Source: Nostoc sp. DedSLP01
GTDB lineage: Bacteria > Cyanobacteriota > Cyanobacteriia > Cyanobacteriales > Nostocaceae
Reading direction: 5' to 3'
DNA: 64,000 bases
Assembly (NCBI GenBank): GCA_034530875.2
Contig: JAVRCJ020000001.1
Span: forward strand, 192,001 to 256,000
The notes under the pieces: generated by a model
Told to the model about the DNA's origin: nothing
Databases searched by the model: none
What the model saw: only the letters and a program-made list of their open reading frames with translations
Part shown: one piece after another, positions 10,186 through 20,325 of the stretch
Numbering within the stretch: the first letter of the stretch is position 1
Layout: the number at the start of each line of letters is the position of its first letter
Made by a program: the position numbers and the translations under genes

Positions 10186-12705
10186 TTAAACAACGACAAA
10201 ATTGTTGTTGGTTAATGACAAGCCAGTAGATAGTTGTGCAAATTGTACTTTGCCGAACGCACCTGCACTACCATCAGAGTCAAAGAACAATGCACCTGTC
10301 GTTGAGTTATAAATAAATTTCTGCGCGCCAGTGGTTGCAGATGTACCGATTGTAAATTGACTAGCTTTGAGTACACCTGTTGATAAGCCGCCACTAAAAT
10401 CAACTGATATCTGAATTACTTCATTAGTGGCGTTGAAATCATAAATCCTATCAACACCTTCATTCAAACTATTGAAAACAAAGGTATCAATACCACTTCC
10501 TCCATAAAGCTTATCATTAGCATTCCCGCCTATTAGGGTATCATTACCTGCACCACCAATAATCGTATCACTGCCAGAATAGCCCCCATCGAGCGTATCG
10601 TTGCCATTGCTACCTACAATGTAGTCATTGTATTCTCTGCCTGAGATATGTAATCTTTCGATATTCTTGTAGCTAACCCGAGATGTGCCCTCTGTAATTT
10701 CTCCGGTGTTTGTAGTGGAACTGAATGTCGAAGTGATTCCTTGTGGATTATTGCTGTAATTTACTATGTAATCAACGGACAATAAATCGTCACCCTTACC
10801 CCCGTCTATGGTATCTTTGCCACCATAGCCTGTGGAGAGCGTATCGTTGCCATTGCTGCCTACAATGCTGTCATTGTAGTCTGTACCTGTGACATTTAAT
10901 CTTTCGATATTCTTGTAGCTAACCCGATATGTACCCTCTGTAACTGAGCCAACATTAGTAGTGACATTGAATGTTGAAGTGATTCCTCCAGGAGCATTGC
11001 TGTAATTGACTCTCAATAAATCTTCACCCTTACCTCCGTCTATGGTATCTTTGCCACCACTGCCCGTGGAGAGCGTATCGTTGCCATTGTTGCCCACAAT
11101 ATTGTCATCGTAGACTGTATCTACGATATTTAATCTTTCGATATTCTTATAGCTAACCCGATATTTGCCTGCTGTTATTTCTCCAATGTTAGTAGTGGCA
11201 TTGAATGTCGTTGCGATCGCTCCAGTAGCATCTGTGTAATCAACGGACAATAAATCATCACCCTTCCCCCCATCTACCGTTTGAGTTGCAAAAGAAGAGA
11301 GGACAATATCTGGAGATGAAGTCCTTACATAGAATGAATCATTGCCATCGCCACTAGAAAGTAAGTTATTGCCTGTTGTATACTCAGCACGCAATGTATC
11401 GTTACCAGCCCCACCGTTGAGGGTGTTATTACCTGAGGTGGAATTGTAATAACCACTAGTAACTGCGAAGAAATCGCCAGAGACGGAGAGGTAATCATTG
11501 CCATCGCCCCCAGAGAGTAGGTTATTGCCTGTTGAATACCTAGCAAGCAATGTGTCGTCACCAACGCCACCGTTGAGGGTGCTATTGCCTGAGGAGCTAA
11601 AACTATAGTAAGATCTATATACATCGTAGCCAGAACTGGAGAGATAATCATTGCCATCGTCTCCAGAGAGGAAGCTATTGCCTTCTGAAGACTCAGCACG
11701 TAAAGTATCGTCACCAGCGCCACCATTGAGGGTGTTAGTGCCTGAGGAGCTAATTAATTTGAAGTCTCCGCCAACAAAGTAAGAAGCGTTAAGAATATCA
11801 TTACCATCGCCCCCAAAGAGTAAGTTATTGCCTTTTGAACCCTGAGTATACAATGTATCGCTACCAGCACCACCGTTGAGGGTGTTATTGCCAGTTGAAA
11901 AATTAGTACTCAAGTAATCATCACCAGCATTTCCATTGAGGCTGTTATTGCCAGACACATAGTAATAGTTAAAGCCTGCAATTTCATCTCGGTAGTACCC
12001 AGAGGCATAGAGGGTGTCATTGCCAATACCCCCAATGAGAGTATTATTGCCAGTACCACCCCGCAGCAAGTCATCGCCGCCTAAGCCGTCGATTTTGTCA
12101 TTACCTCCCTGGCCATTAATCACATCGTTTGAGTTGTCTAAACCCGTAATATTATTGTCCAGGTCATTAAGAAAGGTCACTGTATTCTTGATGCCAATGC
12201 TCGTATCAGTAGAGTTCGCATCTAAAACATTAAAACTGTCAACAATGCTAGTGTCCTCATCAAACAGAATATTACCAATTGCTGGTCTTGTTCCAGAAGC
12301 TTTAAGGTTTTCCAAGTCTTCTAGTTTAAAGTTTTGCAGGATAACTTTTGTGTCAGCTAGAGCAAGTTTCCCTTCAAAAGTGATTTCCAAGTTTGTACCA
12401 TTTTGGGTGAGCAACATATTTCGGGCAGTCAGCCCAGCGTCTTGGAATTTAATCGTATCAACTTCGGAAATGACTTCTGCTGTGGGGTTTGTTGCTTTAC
12501 CGACGCCACCGAAATCTGTAATGGTGTCAATGCCGTCATTGTCATACAAGTCGTAAACAAATATATCCTTCCCACCGCCACCTGTTAAAGAGTCGTCGCC
12601 TTGATTACCTGTGATGGTATCGTTGCCAGCTTTACCATTAATCGTGTCAGCGCTGTCAGTACCCACTAGGGTATCATTTGCCTTGGTTCCAATGATATTT
12701 GACAT
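10186..12705 (-). CDS. RTX calcium-binding secreted protein, paralogue 2
   Basis: N- and C-termini closely match 7898-9988. It carries three extra about 78-82 aa repeats (RVSYKNIERL). Confidence 0.9.
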   Translation of the reverse strand: MSNIIGTKANDTLVGTDSADTINGKAGNDTITGNQGDDSLTGGGGKDIFVYDLYDNDGIDTITDFGGVGKATNPTAEVISEVDTIKFQDAGLTARNMLLTQNGTNLEITFEGKLALADTKVILQNFKLEDLENLKASGTRPAIGNILFDEDTSIVDSFNVLDANSTDTSIGIKNTVTFLNDLDNNITGLDNSNDVINGQGGNDKIDGLGGDDLLRGGTGNNTLIGGIGNDTLYASGYYRDEIAGFNYYYVSGNNSLNGNAGDDYLSTNFSTGNNTLNGGAGSDTLYTQGSKGNNLLFGGDGNDILNASYFVGGDFKLISSSGTNTLNGGAGDDTLRAESSEGNSFLSGDDGNDYLSSSGYDVYRSYYSFSSSGNSTLNGGVGDDTLLARYSTGNNLLSGGDGNDYLSVSGDFFAVTSGYYNSTSGNNTLNGGAGNDTLRAEYTTGNNLLSSGDGNDSFYVRTSSPDIVLSSFATQTVDGGKGDDLLSVDYTDATGAIATTFNATTNIGEITAGKYRVSYKNIERLNIVDTVYDDNIVGNNGNDTLSTGSGGKDTIDGGKGEDLLRVNYSNAPGGITSTFNVTTNVGSVTEGTYRVSYKNIERLNVTGTDYNDSIVGSNGNDTLSTGYGGKDTIDGGKGDDLLSVDYIVNYSNNPQGITSTFSSTTNTGEITEGTSRVSYKNIERLHISGREYNDYIVGSNGNDTLDGGYSGSDTIIGGAGNDTLIGGNANDKLYGGSGIDTFVFNSLNEGVDRIYDFNATNEVIQISVDFSGGLSTGVLKASQFTIGTSATTGAQKFIYNSTTGALFFDSDGSAGAFGKVQFAQLSTGLSLTNNNFVVV

Positions 12706-12899
12706 AACTTTTTCCTACCTGAATCGATTTTTGGAGTAAATTAAGTTCTCAAGTCGTTGTTAGTGCTGTTGGAGTGCGCAAAAATTCGCCGAAATATGAT
12801 GCTTTCGGCATACCTGATATCACCTTGGAGGGTTACGAATTTTTAATCACAAATCCCCTTGGATTTGCTTGTAAGTAGTATTTTTCCAACTATCTATGA

Positions 12900-13002
12900 T
12901 ATGATGTCCGCCTAATCACCCATAATAAAAACCTCTCCGCGTCCCCGCGTCTCCGTGTCTCCGCGTCAGCCTTAACTATGGGTCTTTAACCGGACATGAT
13001 AT
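12900..13002. repeat. IR-bounded element with internal 8-mer tandem repeats
   Basis: TATGATGTCCG..CCCATA / TATGGG..CGGACATGATA ends, and (CTCCGCGT)-like x4 at about 12935-12967. Confidence 0.6.
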
Positions 13003-13514
13003 GACTATTTATGTCTTAAGCGCTGTACAAATTTGTGAGGGTGTAGATTCACAAAAACAACTAGTTTCACAGTTGTTTCAAGCATCCTCCATATATTAGT
13101 GTTAGCAAACATTTAGCGTAGACATTACTGAACAAGGCTTGAAAAGCCAAGCTGGAATGCGCCAAACAAAAAGCTGATAGCTTGGTTGGTTCAATGCCTA
13201 AGCCGCACTAGTTTAAAAATCAGGAACACTTGACACAAATGAGAGAAAGAATCTTTATGCTTTTTTGTGGGCGATGCCCTTGGATATTTGGCTTCCAAAT
13301 AGTTAATATTCTACTAAATTAATATAGAATATTTACTTACATATTTGTATGTATACAGATATCTTTGCATAATCTTTATATTAATTGCTAATAAATCTAT
13401 ACATAAGTACTAAATATTTTGAAAATCAAAGTATTTGCACAAAGCACTAAATAAATATCCTCTGAATAAATAGATGTTTTGCTTAGCGATTCCTACGGTT
13501 TTTGCTACCTTACA

Positions 13515-13534
13515 TGATAATGAAAATAAATTCT
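13515..13534. promoter_or_regulatory. Candidate Fur/Zur-family operator
   Basis: GATAATGAAAATAAATTCT matches the classical GATAATGATAATCATTATC Fur box at 13/19 and lies upstream of a FecCD permease. Confidence 0.4.
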
Positions 13535-13673
13535 ATCCGAACCACAATTGTTATCGATCGCCAAATTATCAACCCACAGATAGATGCAATATGAGGTGCA
13601 ATTAAACATTGAAATCAAAATTGCGATCGCTACCTTCATTGATACTATTAAAACCAAAGGTATCAGCACCAGC

Positions 13674-13708
13674 TCCCCCATCTCCCCATTCCCTATTCCC
13701 TACTCCCC
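13674..13708. repeat. STRR heptamer run (CCCCATT-like)
   Basis: Run of about 5 degenerate heptamers; it produces the false N-terminal extension of the ORF call. Confidence 0.65.
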
Positions 13709-13715
13709 TCAATTA

Positions 13716-14732
13716 ATGAAAAGACTATTTCAAACAATCTTTGATGAATACCGCGTATTTTGGGCTGTTTTGCTTTTTGGCGTAGGGCTGCTGGTTACCC
13801 TAGCGCTATCGCTTTCCCAAGGAGCAGTACCTTTGAGTATGTCTGAGTTTTGGCAAGCCATTCTTCGCCAAGGAGATCCGATTAAACAGACAATTCTCTG
13901 GGATTTGCGTCTGCCGCGCATTTGTGCGGCTGTGCTTGTTGGCGCAGCTTTGGGGATGTCAGGAGCGCTGCTACAAGGAATGTTACGCAATAGCCTTGCC
14001 GATCCTTTTATTCTCGGGATTTCGGCGGGTGCGGGATTAATTGTCATTTTAACGATTGTCTGGCAAATATTCCCGATCGCCATTCCTCTGGCGGCTTGGA
14101 TAGGTGCAATCTTGACTTCGGCGATCGTAATTTTACTCGGTCGTGGGACGTCGGGAATTTCAGTCGAGCGTTTGATTTTAGGCGGAGTGGCGGTAAGTTC
14201 TTTATTTGGTGCCGTGCAAAGTACCTTGCTGCTTTTAGCTGAAGACGGTCAAATTCAAATTGCGCTGAGTTGGTTGATTGGTAGCCTCAACGGACGGGGT
14301 TGGCAAGAAATTTTTACTGCTAGTCCTTATATTATCGTTGCATTAGTGGCAGGATGCTTGTTGGCGCGATCGGTGAACGTGTTGGCTTTGGGTGACGATT
14401 TGGCCGTGGGATTGGGGCTTTCGCTAACGCGATCGCGCTTATTAATTGGTGGTGTCGCCACGTTATTAGCTGCAAGTGCTGTCAGCATCGGCGGCTTAAT
14501 TGGATTTGTCGGTCTTGTCGTCCCTCACGGCGTCCGGCTGCTCGTGGGTACAGATCATCGCTTTGTTTTGCCACTTTCTGCCCTTGCAGGTGCATGGTTG
14601 CTAACCTTTGCAGACTTACTCTCTAGATTAGGAGCAGTAGAACTTCCAGTAGGTTCGGTCACCGCCTTGTTAGGTTCGCCGCTGTTTATCTGGTTACTTT
14701 ATCGTCGTTCTGCTGGCTTTAATAAATTGTGA
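13716..14732 (+). CDS. FecCD/BtuC-family ABC permease (iron-siderophore or cobalamin)
   Basis: RLPR, RNSLADPFILGISAGA, IGFVGLVVPH, ELPVG motifs. Start revised to ATG 13716, after the STRR. Confidence 0.9.
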   Translation: MKRLFQTIFDEYRVFWAVLLFGVGLLVTLALSLSQGAVPLSMSEFWQAILRQGDPIKQTILWDLRLPRICAAVLVGAALGMSGALLQGMLRNSLADPFILGISAGAGLIVILTIVWQIFPIAIPLAAWIGAILTSAIVILLGRGTSGISVERLILGGVAVSSLFGAVQSTLLLLAEDGQIQIALSWLIGSLNGRGWQEIFTASPYIIVALVAGCLLARSVNVLALGDDLAVGLGLSLTRSRLLIGGVATLLAASAVSIGGLIGFVGLVVPHGVRLLVGTDHRFVLPLSALAGAWLLTFADLLSRLGAVELPVGSVTALLGSPLFIWLLYRRSAGFNKL

Positions 14733-15196
14733 TGTGGCAGGAGGTAAAAGTATTACCATTCGTGGCATTCAACCTTTCAAAATGTCCTAACATATCTGCC
14801 TACTGCTATACAAATACCAGGTGAGTTTCTCTAAATTTTTATTCTTTGCGAGTCTGGTTATAATTCCGGACAAACAGGGTTTTGAATTCAGAATATCTGT
14901 ATTCTTTTTTAAGAATTTATTATGAAGGAATTCAAGCATTCATGAAGTTTATTTAAATCTTCAGCTAACTGTCTTAACTGTCTTATCTGTCCTTGCATTT
15001 TTATTCAAAAAGTAAAACCATATTGACTAAAGCTGAAACAAACACACAAAAGAGGCTCAATGTTAAACAAAAATAGCTCTTTTTGAGCTTAATGTTTGCC
15101 CCTCTTAAGTATAAGTAAAAGGATTTACGCCAAATTGCAATTTATAGAATGCGTTAGTCCTGAGTTGGCTTTTACCATTAATTTTGAATAAAAACT

Positions 15197-16189
15197 ATGA
15201 CAAATCAGCAAATTCCCCAGATAGAAATTACCAATATTGTCTACAAGAATCAGGTCAAGAGAACTCAATCTGACGAATACGTTGAGATTACCAATAAGGA
15301 AAAGACAGCGATCGATGTATCTGGTTGGCAAATTGCTTCAGGGGTAGGGCGCAACAAAGCATTCACTTTCCCCCAAGGAACAAAATTAGCCCCAGGCCAG
15401 AGCGTGCGGGTTTATACAAATGAGGTACATCCAGAGTCAGGCGGCTTTAGTTGCGGTAGCGGTGTATCCCTTTGGAAAGATTCAGGAGATGAGGGTAGAC
15501 TATTAGATACTCAAGGAAATGTTGTATCAGGTTTAGCATACGACAGTAACGGCAATTTCACGAAAACAACTACTACTAACGGTAAGACAGCACCTGTAGA
15601 AACAGCTAGTACAGATGCAAAACTGAATGAGCTATTAAACAAACCTGTTTTCATTGAAAACCAAGAGACAAAACGCTATTTATTTGCCACAGGAGATCCA
15701 ATCAAAGGAGAGCGAGGAGATGAAGGTGGCTGGCTAGCATCAAGCGGCTTTGAAAGCCCTAAAGTCGTTGGCGCTGATGCCAATTACTACAATCGTGCCA
15801 TCTGGAAGATAATACCAAGTGGTGATAGTTTTCTCATTGAAAATCAAGAGACAAAACGGTATTTGTTTTCCGATGGAGAGCCAATCAAAGGAAAGCGAGG
15901 AGATGAAGGTGGCTGGCTAGCATCAAGTGGTTTTGAAAGTCCTAAAGTTGTTGGTGCTGATGCCAATTACTACAACCGTGCTTTATGGAAAATAATACCA
16001 AGTGGTGATAGTTTTCTCATCGAAAATCAAGAGACAAAACGGTATGTATTTTCTGATGGAGAGCCAATCAAAGGAAAGCGAGGAGATGAAGGCGGTTGGC
16101 TAGCATCAAGCGGCTTTGAAAGTCCTAAAGTCGTTGGCGCTGATGCTAATTACTACAATCGCGCTCTGTGGAAGATTACAACGGTATAG
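15197..16189 (+). CDS. Lamin-tail domain plus three near-identical 61-aa repeats (beta-trefoil/lectin-like)
   Basis: DEYVEITN..DVSGW..FTFP..LAPGQSVRVYT lamin-tail motif; repeats at 15650, 15833 and 16016 (183-bp period). Confidence 0.8.
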   Translation: MTNQQIPQIEITNIVYKNQVKRTQSDEYVEITNKEKTAIDVSGWQIASGVGRNKAFTFPQGTKLAPGQSVRVYTNEVHPESGGFSCGSGVSLWKDSGDEGRLLDTQGNVVSGLAYDSNGNFTKTTTTNGKTAPVETASTDAKLNELLNKPVFIENQETKRYLFATGDPIKGERGDEGGWLASSGFESPKVVGADANYYNRAIWKIIPSGDSFLIENQETKRYLFSDGEPIKGKRGDEGGWLASSGFESPKVVGADANYYNRALWKIIPSGDSFLIENQETKRYVFSDGEPIKGKRGDEGGWLASSGFESPKVVGADANYYNRALWKITTV

Positions 16190-16330
16190 TGCAAAATCAA
16201 GTCTTTTTGGTCTCAGCAATACTGTAGCTAGATTCAATCAAACTTCCAGAATCTTGCTTCGATTATTGTTTTCCAAAAGTGACAAAACAGCGATAAAAGG
16301 GCATTTAGTATAAATTGGGGTCAATAAAAT

Positions 16331-16400
16331 GGTGCGTTAGCCTTTGGCATAACGCACCTTACCAAAATTTGTAGAGACGCGATTAATCGCGTCTCTACAA
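16331..16400. terminator. Two tandem palindromes between convergent genes (hairpin plus REP)
   Basis: GGTGCGTTA..TAACGCACC at 16331-16358 and a perfect 32-bp palindrome TTGTAGAGACGCGATTAATCGCGTCTCTACAA at 16369-16400. Confidence 0.7.
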
Positions 16401-16407
16401 TATTTTT

Positions 16408-18051
16408 TTACAGCGCACAACTTAACTCGCCAGCTTTTTGGGTGAAACGGCGATTTTCACGATAGTCTACAGGACAATCTATAACTGCGGGTACATCTTG
16501 GGCGAGGGCTTCTTTGAGTATGAGAATTAAATCTAATGCAGATTCAACTCGATAGCCTTTTAAACCCATGCTTTCGGCTAATTTGACAAAATCAGGATTA
16601 CCAAAATGCACAAAGGATGAGTTTCCTTTACCAAAATGATTTTCTTGTTTCCACTCAATTAATCCATAGCCCCCGTCATTAAAAATAATGGTGACAAAGG
16701 GCGTACCGACGCGCAAGGCTGTTTCTAATTCTTGGCAGTTCATCATGAAGCCGCCATCGCCGGTGACAGCAACAATTTTGCGGTTGGGATGAACGAGTTT
16801 TGCTGCTAAGGCACCAGGAATCGCAATACCCATTGCTGCAAAACCATTGGAAATAATACAAGTATTAGGGCTATGGCAGTGATAATGACGCGCCATCCAC
16901 ATTTTATGGGCGCCAACATCAGAGATGACGATATCATCTGGCCCCATCACTTGCCGTAAGTCATAAATTAACTTTTGGGGTTTAATAGGAAATCCATCAT
17001 CATGAGCGTACTGTTCGTAATCAGCACGAATATTTGCTCGTAAACTGATACCAAAAGGATCGGGTTTACCTTGTCGGTCTGCTAATTTTAAGATTTCATA
17101 GAGGGAATCCGAAATGTCTCCCACGACTTCGGCATCGGGAATATAACTACTATCAATTTCTGCTGGATTTAACCCTATATGCACAACTGGAATTTTACCA
17201 TCACGATTCCATTTTTTGGGAGAAAATTCTATCAAATCGTAGCCGATCGCGATTACTAAATCTGTATTATCAAATCCACAAGTAATAAAGTCTCTTTGCT
17301 GCAATCCCACTGACCACAAAGCTAATTGATGGGTGTAGGGAATCACGCCTTTACCCATGAAGGTATTAGCAACAGGTATATTTAGCAATGTGGCAAATTG
17401 CGTTACGGCATCGCTAGCTTGAGCGCGTATTGCCCCATTTCCTACTAAGATTAATGGGTTAACTGCTTGGCAAATTGCGGCTGCTGCTGCCCGAATGCTA
17501 GCAAAAGATGCATAGGTTTTTTCGATATTATCCTTACGCAAAGGTTTGCCTTCTACAGGCATAGCAGCAATATTTTCTGGTAAATCGATGTGAACTGCAC
17601 CAGGTTTTTCCGATTGCGATCGCTTAAATGCTTTTCGCACTACTTCTGGTGTAATACTCGGCCTAACAATTTGCTTATTCCATTTAGTAACAGGTGCAAA
17701 CATCGCCACCAAATCTAAATATTGATGGGATTCAATGTGCATTCTATCTGTTCCCACTTGACCGGTAATCGCCACTAAAGGCGCACCATCGAGGTTGGCA
17801 TCTGCTACCCCAGTCATCAAGTTTGTGGCCCCAGGGCCAAGAGTAGAAAGACACACGCCGGCTTTTCCGGTTAGGCGTCCGTAGACATCCGCCATGAACG
17901 CTGCACCTTGTTCGTGACGAGTCGTAATAAATTTAATTGAAGAATGTTTTAGTGCTTCTAAAACATGCAGGTTTTCTTCACCTGGAAGTCCAAAAATGTA
18001 TTGTACTCCTTCATTTTCTAGGCATTGCACCAAGAGTTCTGCTGTATTCAT
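16408..18051 (-). CDS. ogdA: ThDP enzyme, probable 2-oxoglutarate decarboxylase (usually annotated acetolactate synthase-like)
   Basis: FGLPGEEN, RHEQGAAFMA and GDGGFMMN ThDP motifs. It lies directly downstream of SSADH, as in the cyanobacterial TCA shunt operon. Confidence 0.8.
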   Translation of the reverse strand: MNTAELLVQCLENEGVQYIFGLPGEENLHVLEALKHSSIKFITTRHEQGAAFMADVYGRLTGKAGVCLSTLGPGATNLMTGVADANLDGAPLVAITGQVGTDRMHIESHQYLDLVAMFAPVTKWNKQIVRPSITPEVVRKAFKRSQSEKPGAVHIDLPENIAAMPVEGKPLRKDNIEKTYASFASIRAAAAAICQAVNPLILVGNGAIRAQASDAVTQFATLLNIPVANTFMGKGVIPYTHQLALWSVGLQQRDFITCGFDNTDLVIAIGYDLIEFSPKKWNRDGKIPVVHIGLNPAEIDSSYIPDAEVVGDISDSLYEILKLADRQGKPDPFGISLRANIRADYEQYAHDDGFPIKPQKLIYDLRQVMGPDDIVISDVGAHKMWMARHYHCHSPNTCIISNGFAAMGIAIPGALAAKLVHPNRKIVAVTGDGGFMMNCQELETALRVGTPFVTIIFNDGGYGLIEWKQENHFGKGNSSFVHFGNPDFVKLAESMGLKGYRVESALDLILILKEALAQDVPAVIDCPVDYRENRRFTQKAGELSCAL

Positions 18052-18083
18052 TATGATTTCCTAATTAGCGACAATATTGGCGG

Positions 18084-18254
18084 CTGGGGACTGGGGATTC
18101 GGGACTGAGGAATGGGGACTGGTGATTGGGGACTGGGAAATGGGGAATGAAAATATCTTTCCCAAAACCTAATCCGTAATCTCTAATTGTTAATTCCTAA
18201 TCCCAATATTTAGTTCCTAATACCCAGTCCCTAATCCCCAGTCCCCAATACCTA
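18084..18254. repeat. Inverted arrays of STRR heptamers (GGGGACT / CCCAGTC)
   Basis: A G-rich heptamer run followed by a complementary C-rich run. Confidence 0.8.
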
Positions 18255-19622
18255 TCACTTCACCCACACAGTTTTTACGTTGACAAACTCATGTATACCC
18301 TGGATACTCAATTCTCTGCCATATCCAGAACGCTTAATGCCACCGAAGGGCAAGCGGGGGTCGGATTTGACCATACCGTTAATAAATACGGCACCGGCTT
18401 GGATTTCTTCAACTAAGCGATCGCGTTCTTGGTCGTTGGTTGTCCAAGCGCTTGCACCTAAGCCAAAGGGGGAGTCATTAGCGAGTTTAATGGCAGTATC
18501 GATATCTGGAACCCGGAATAATAAAGCTACCGGCCCAAAGAATTCTTCTTTGGCAATTGGTGTGTCGGGTGGGATATCTATGATAATGGTTGGCGGATAA
18601 AAGTTCCCTGGACGATCTAATAACTGATGTCCACCGATGAGGACTTTACCACCACTTTTGGTAGCAGTTTGCACTTGTTGGTCTAAATCCTGGAGAATCC
18701 CAGGAGTTGCCAAAGGCCCTATATCGGTGTCTGGTTGCATCGGATCGCCCACTTTCAGCGCCTCGAATTTATCTAACAACAGTTTTTCAAATTTGTCAGC
18801 GATCGCTTCTGCGACAATAAAACGTTTCGCTGCAATACATGATTGCCCGTTATTTAACATCCTTGCTGTAGTAGCTGTGACAACTGCTGCTTCTAAATCA
18901 GCACTTGGTAACACAATGAAGGGGTCGCTTCCTCCCAATTCCAAAACGGTTTTTTTAATTTCTTTACCGGCGGCGGCGGCTAGGGATGCGCCTGCTGGTT
19001 CGCTTCCTGTTAAGGTGGCAGCTTTTACCCTCTCGTCTGCCATTAAGCCGGCGACTTTGGCAGCGCCAATCAATAAAGTTTGAAATACACCTTCAGGAAA
19101 ACCTGCGCGGCGAATAATTTCTTCAATTGCCAAGGCGCACTGTGGCACATTGGAGGCATGTTTGAGTAAGCCGACATTTCCCGCCATGAGTGCCGGTGCC
19201 ACAAAGCGGAAAACTTGCCAGAAGGGGAAATTCCACGGCATGACTGCCAGAATCGCACCTAAGGGTTGATAGCGTACAAAACTATGGCTGGCATCGGTTT
19301 TTACAGAAACATCAGCCAAAAAACCGGGGGCGTGTTCGGCGTAGTAGCGACAGACGGTGGCGCATTTTTCGACTTCGGCGATCGCAGCTAGAATCGGCTT
19401 ACCCATTTCTAGAGTCATCAACTTGGCAAAGTCTGCTTTGTCTTGCTCTAAAATCTCGGCAGCTTTTGTTAACCATTGCGATCGCTTTTGAAAACTAGTC
19501 TGGCGATAGCTTTCAAAAGCCCGATTTGCCAAATCGAGTTTAGCGTCAATTTCTGCATCGTTGAGTGGCTCAAAAGTTTGAATAGTTTCCCCAGTGGCGG
19601 GATTAATCGTGGCGATCGCCAT
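18255..19622 (-). CDS. gabD: Succinate-semialdehyde dehydrogenase
   Basis: MAIATINPATG start (revised to 19622), PWNFP, LTGS, LELGGSDP, GQSCIAAKR, EEFFGP, PFGGIKRSGYGRE. Confidence 0.9.
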   Translation of the reverse strand: MAIATINPATGETIQTFEPLNDAEIDAKLDLANRAFESYRQTSFQKRSQWLTKAAEILEQDKADFAKLMTLEMGKPILAAIAEVEKCATVCRYYAEHAPGFLADVSVKTDASHSFVRYQPLGAILAVMPWNFPFWQVFRFVAPALMAGNVGLLKHASNVPQCALAIEEIIRRAGFPEGVFQTLLIGAAKVAGLMADERVKAATLTGSEPAGASLAAAAGKEIKKTVLELGGSDPFIVLPSADLEAAVVTATTARMLNNGQSCIAAKRFIVAEAIADKFEKLLLDKFEALKVGDPMQPDTDIGPLATPGILQDLDQQVQTATKSGGKVLIGGHQLLDRPGNFYPPTIIIDIPPDTPIAKEEFFGPVALLFRVPDIDTAIKLANDSPFGLGASAWTTNDQERDRLVEEIQAGAVFINGMVKSDPRLPFGGIKRSGYGRELSIQGIHEFVNVKTVWVK

Positions 19623-19864
19623 TACCTGCCTCCCGTTAAAAAATAGCTTAAGTGTTGGCTTCCTAGTGTTACACACATCTATTTTGGAAGCCACCACCAA
19701 AATTCTAGTCTTTTACTCAATAAGCGGTTGCTCAGTATTACAATTTCGCAATTAAAATTGAACTAATATATACAATTTAATGATGTATTTATACTTAAAA
19801 ATCTGCTATTTATCAGTAGTTAATTGGTATTAACTACTGACTAATGCCTATAACTAGCTGCTTA

Positions 19865-20000
19865 TTAAGTAGAAGGCAGAAGGCAGGATAGCGCAGCGTT
19901 AGCGAGTCCGCGAGCGTCGGCAGAAGGCAGAAGGTAAAACCCTCAATAGTAAAAGATTTCGCTCCTTTGGATTTCACATTTAATTATGTCCGCCTACTTA
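19865..20000. repeat. STRR (GAAGGCA) element with a nested small dispersed repeat
   Basis: GAAGGCA runs interrupted by GATAGCGCAGCGTTAGCGAGTCCGCGAGCGTC. The same core recurs at 30657-30780. Confidence 0.65.
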
Positions 20001-20106
20001 TTACAATTGGTTAACTATTTTTGGAATAAAATATACCAATCAAGAAAAAGTCAGAATTCAGAATGGGTTATGCCCCACTGTGGTAACAAAATTCTAGGAA
20101 TTAGCC

Positions 20107-20217
20107 ATAACTCAAGCCTTACGCAAACTAGTTACATTTGATGAATTCGTTGCTAAATATCCAGATAAAACAGGAAAACGTTACGAACATAAACCAGAAG
20201 TGACGGAAATACCATAG
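20107..20217 (+). pseudogene. 5' remnant of a Uma2-family endonuclease gene
   Basis: After an AGGA RBS, ATA (mutated ATG) leads TQALRKLVTFDEFVAKYPDKTGKRYE, then the similarity is lost and a stop follows. Confidence 0.55.
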
Positions 20218-20325
20218 CTTAGGATGCTGATTTCTCTTACTAAAGTTACAAGTATGACAAGCTACGACAGTAAAGCGATCGCCTTTTGTAATCGATTTTG
20301 AAATGAAGCGATCTAGAATTATTTG

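Noticed and set aside
8380..12015. Diversity-generating retroelement as the source of RTX loop variation
   Set aside because: No reverse transcriptase or TR/VR pair in the window, and the loops vary in length rather than only at adenines.
8089..12588. Several overlapping or antisense ORFs ([12 protein letters not shown]) within the RTX genes
   Set aside because: Shadows of GGxGxD repeats.
13584..13715. N-terminal extension of the FecCD permease
   Set aside because: Includes STRR-encoded SPISPFPIPYSP; ATG 13716 is more plausible.
16408..18051. ilvB acetolactate synthase call
   Set aside because: SSADH linkage and absence of ilvN favour 2-oxoglutarate decarboxylase.
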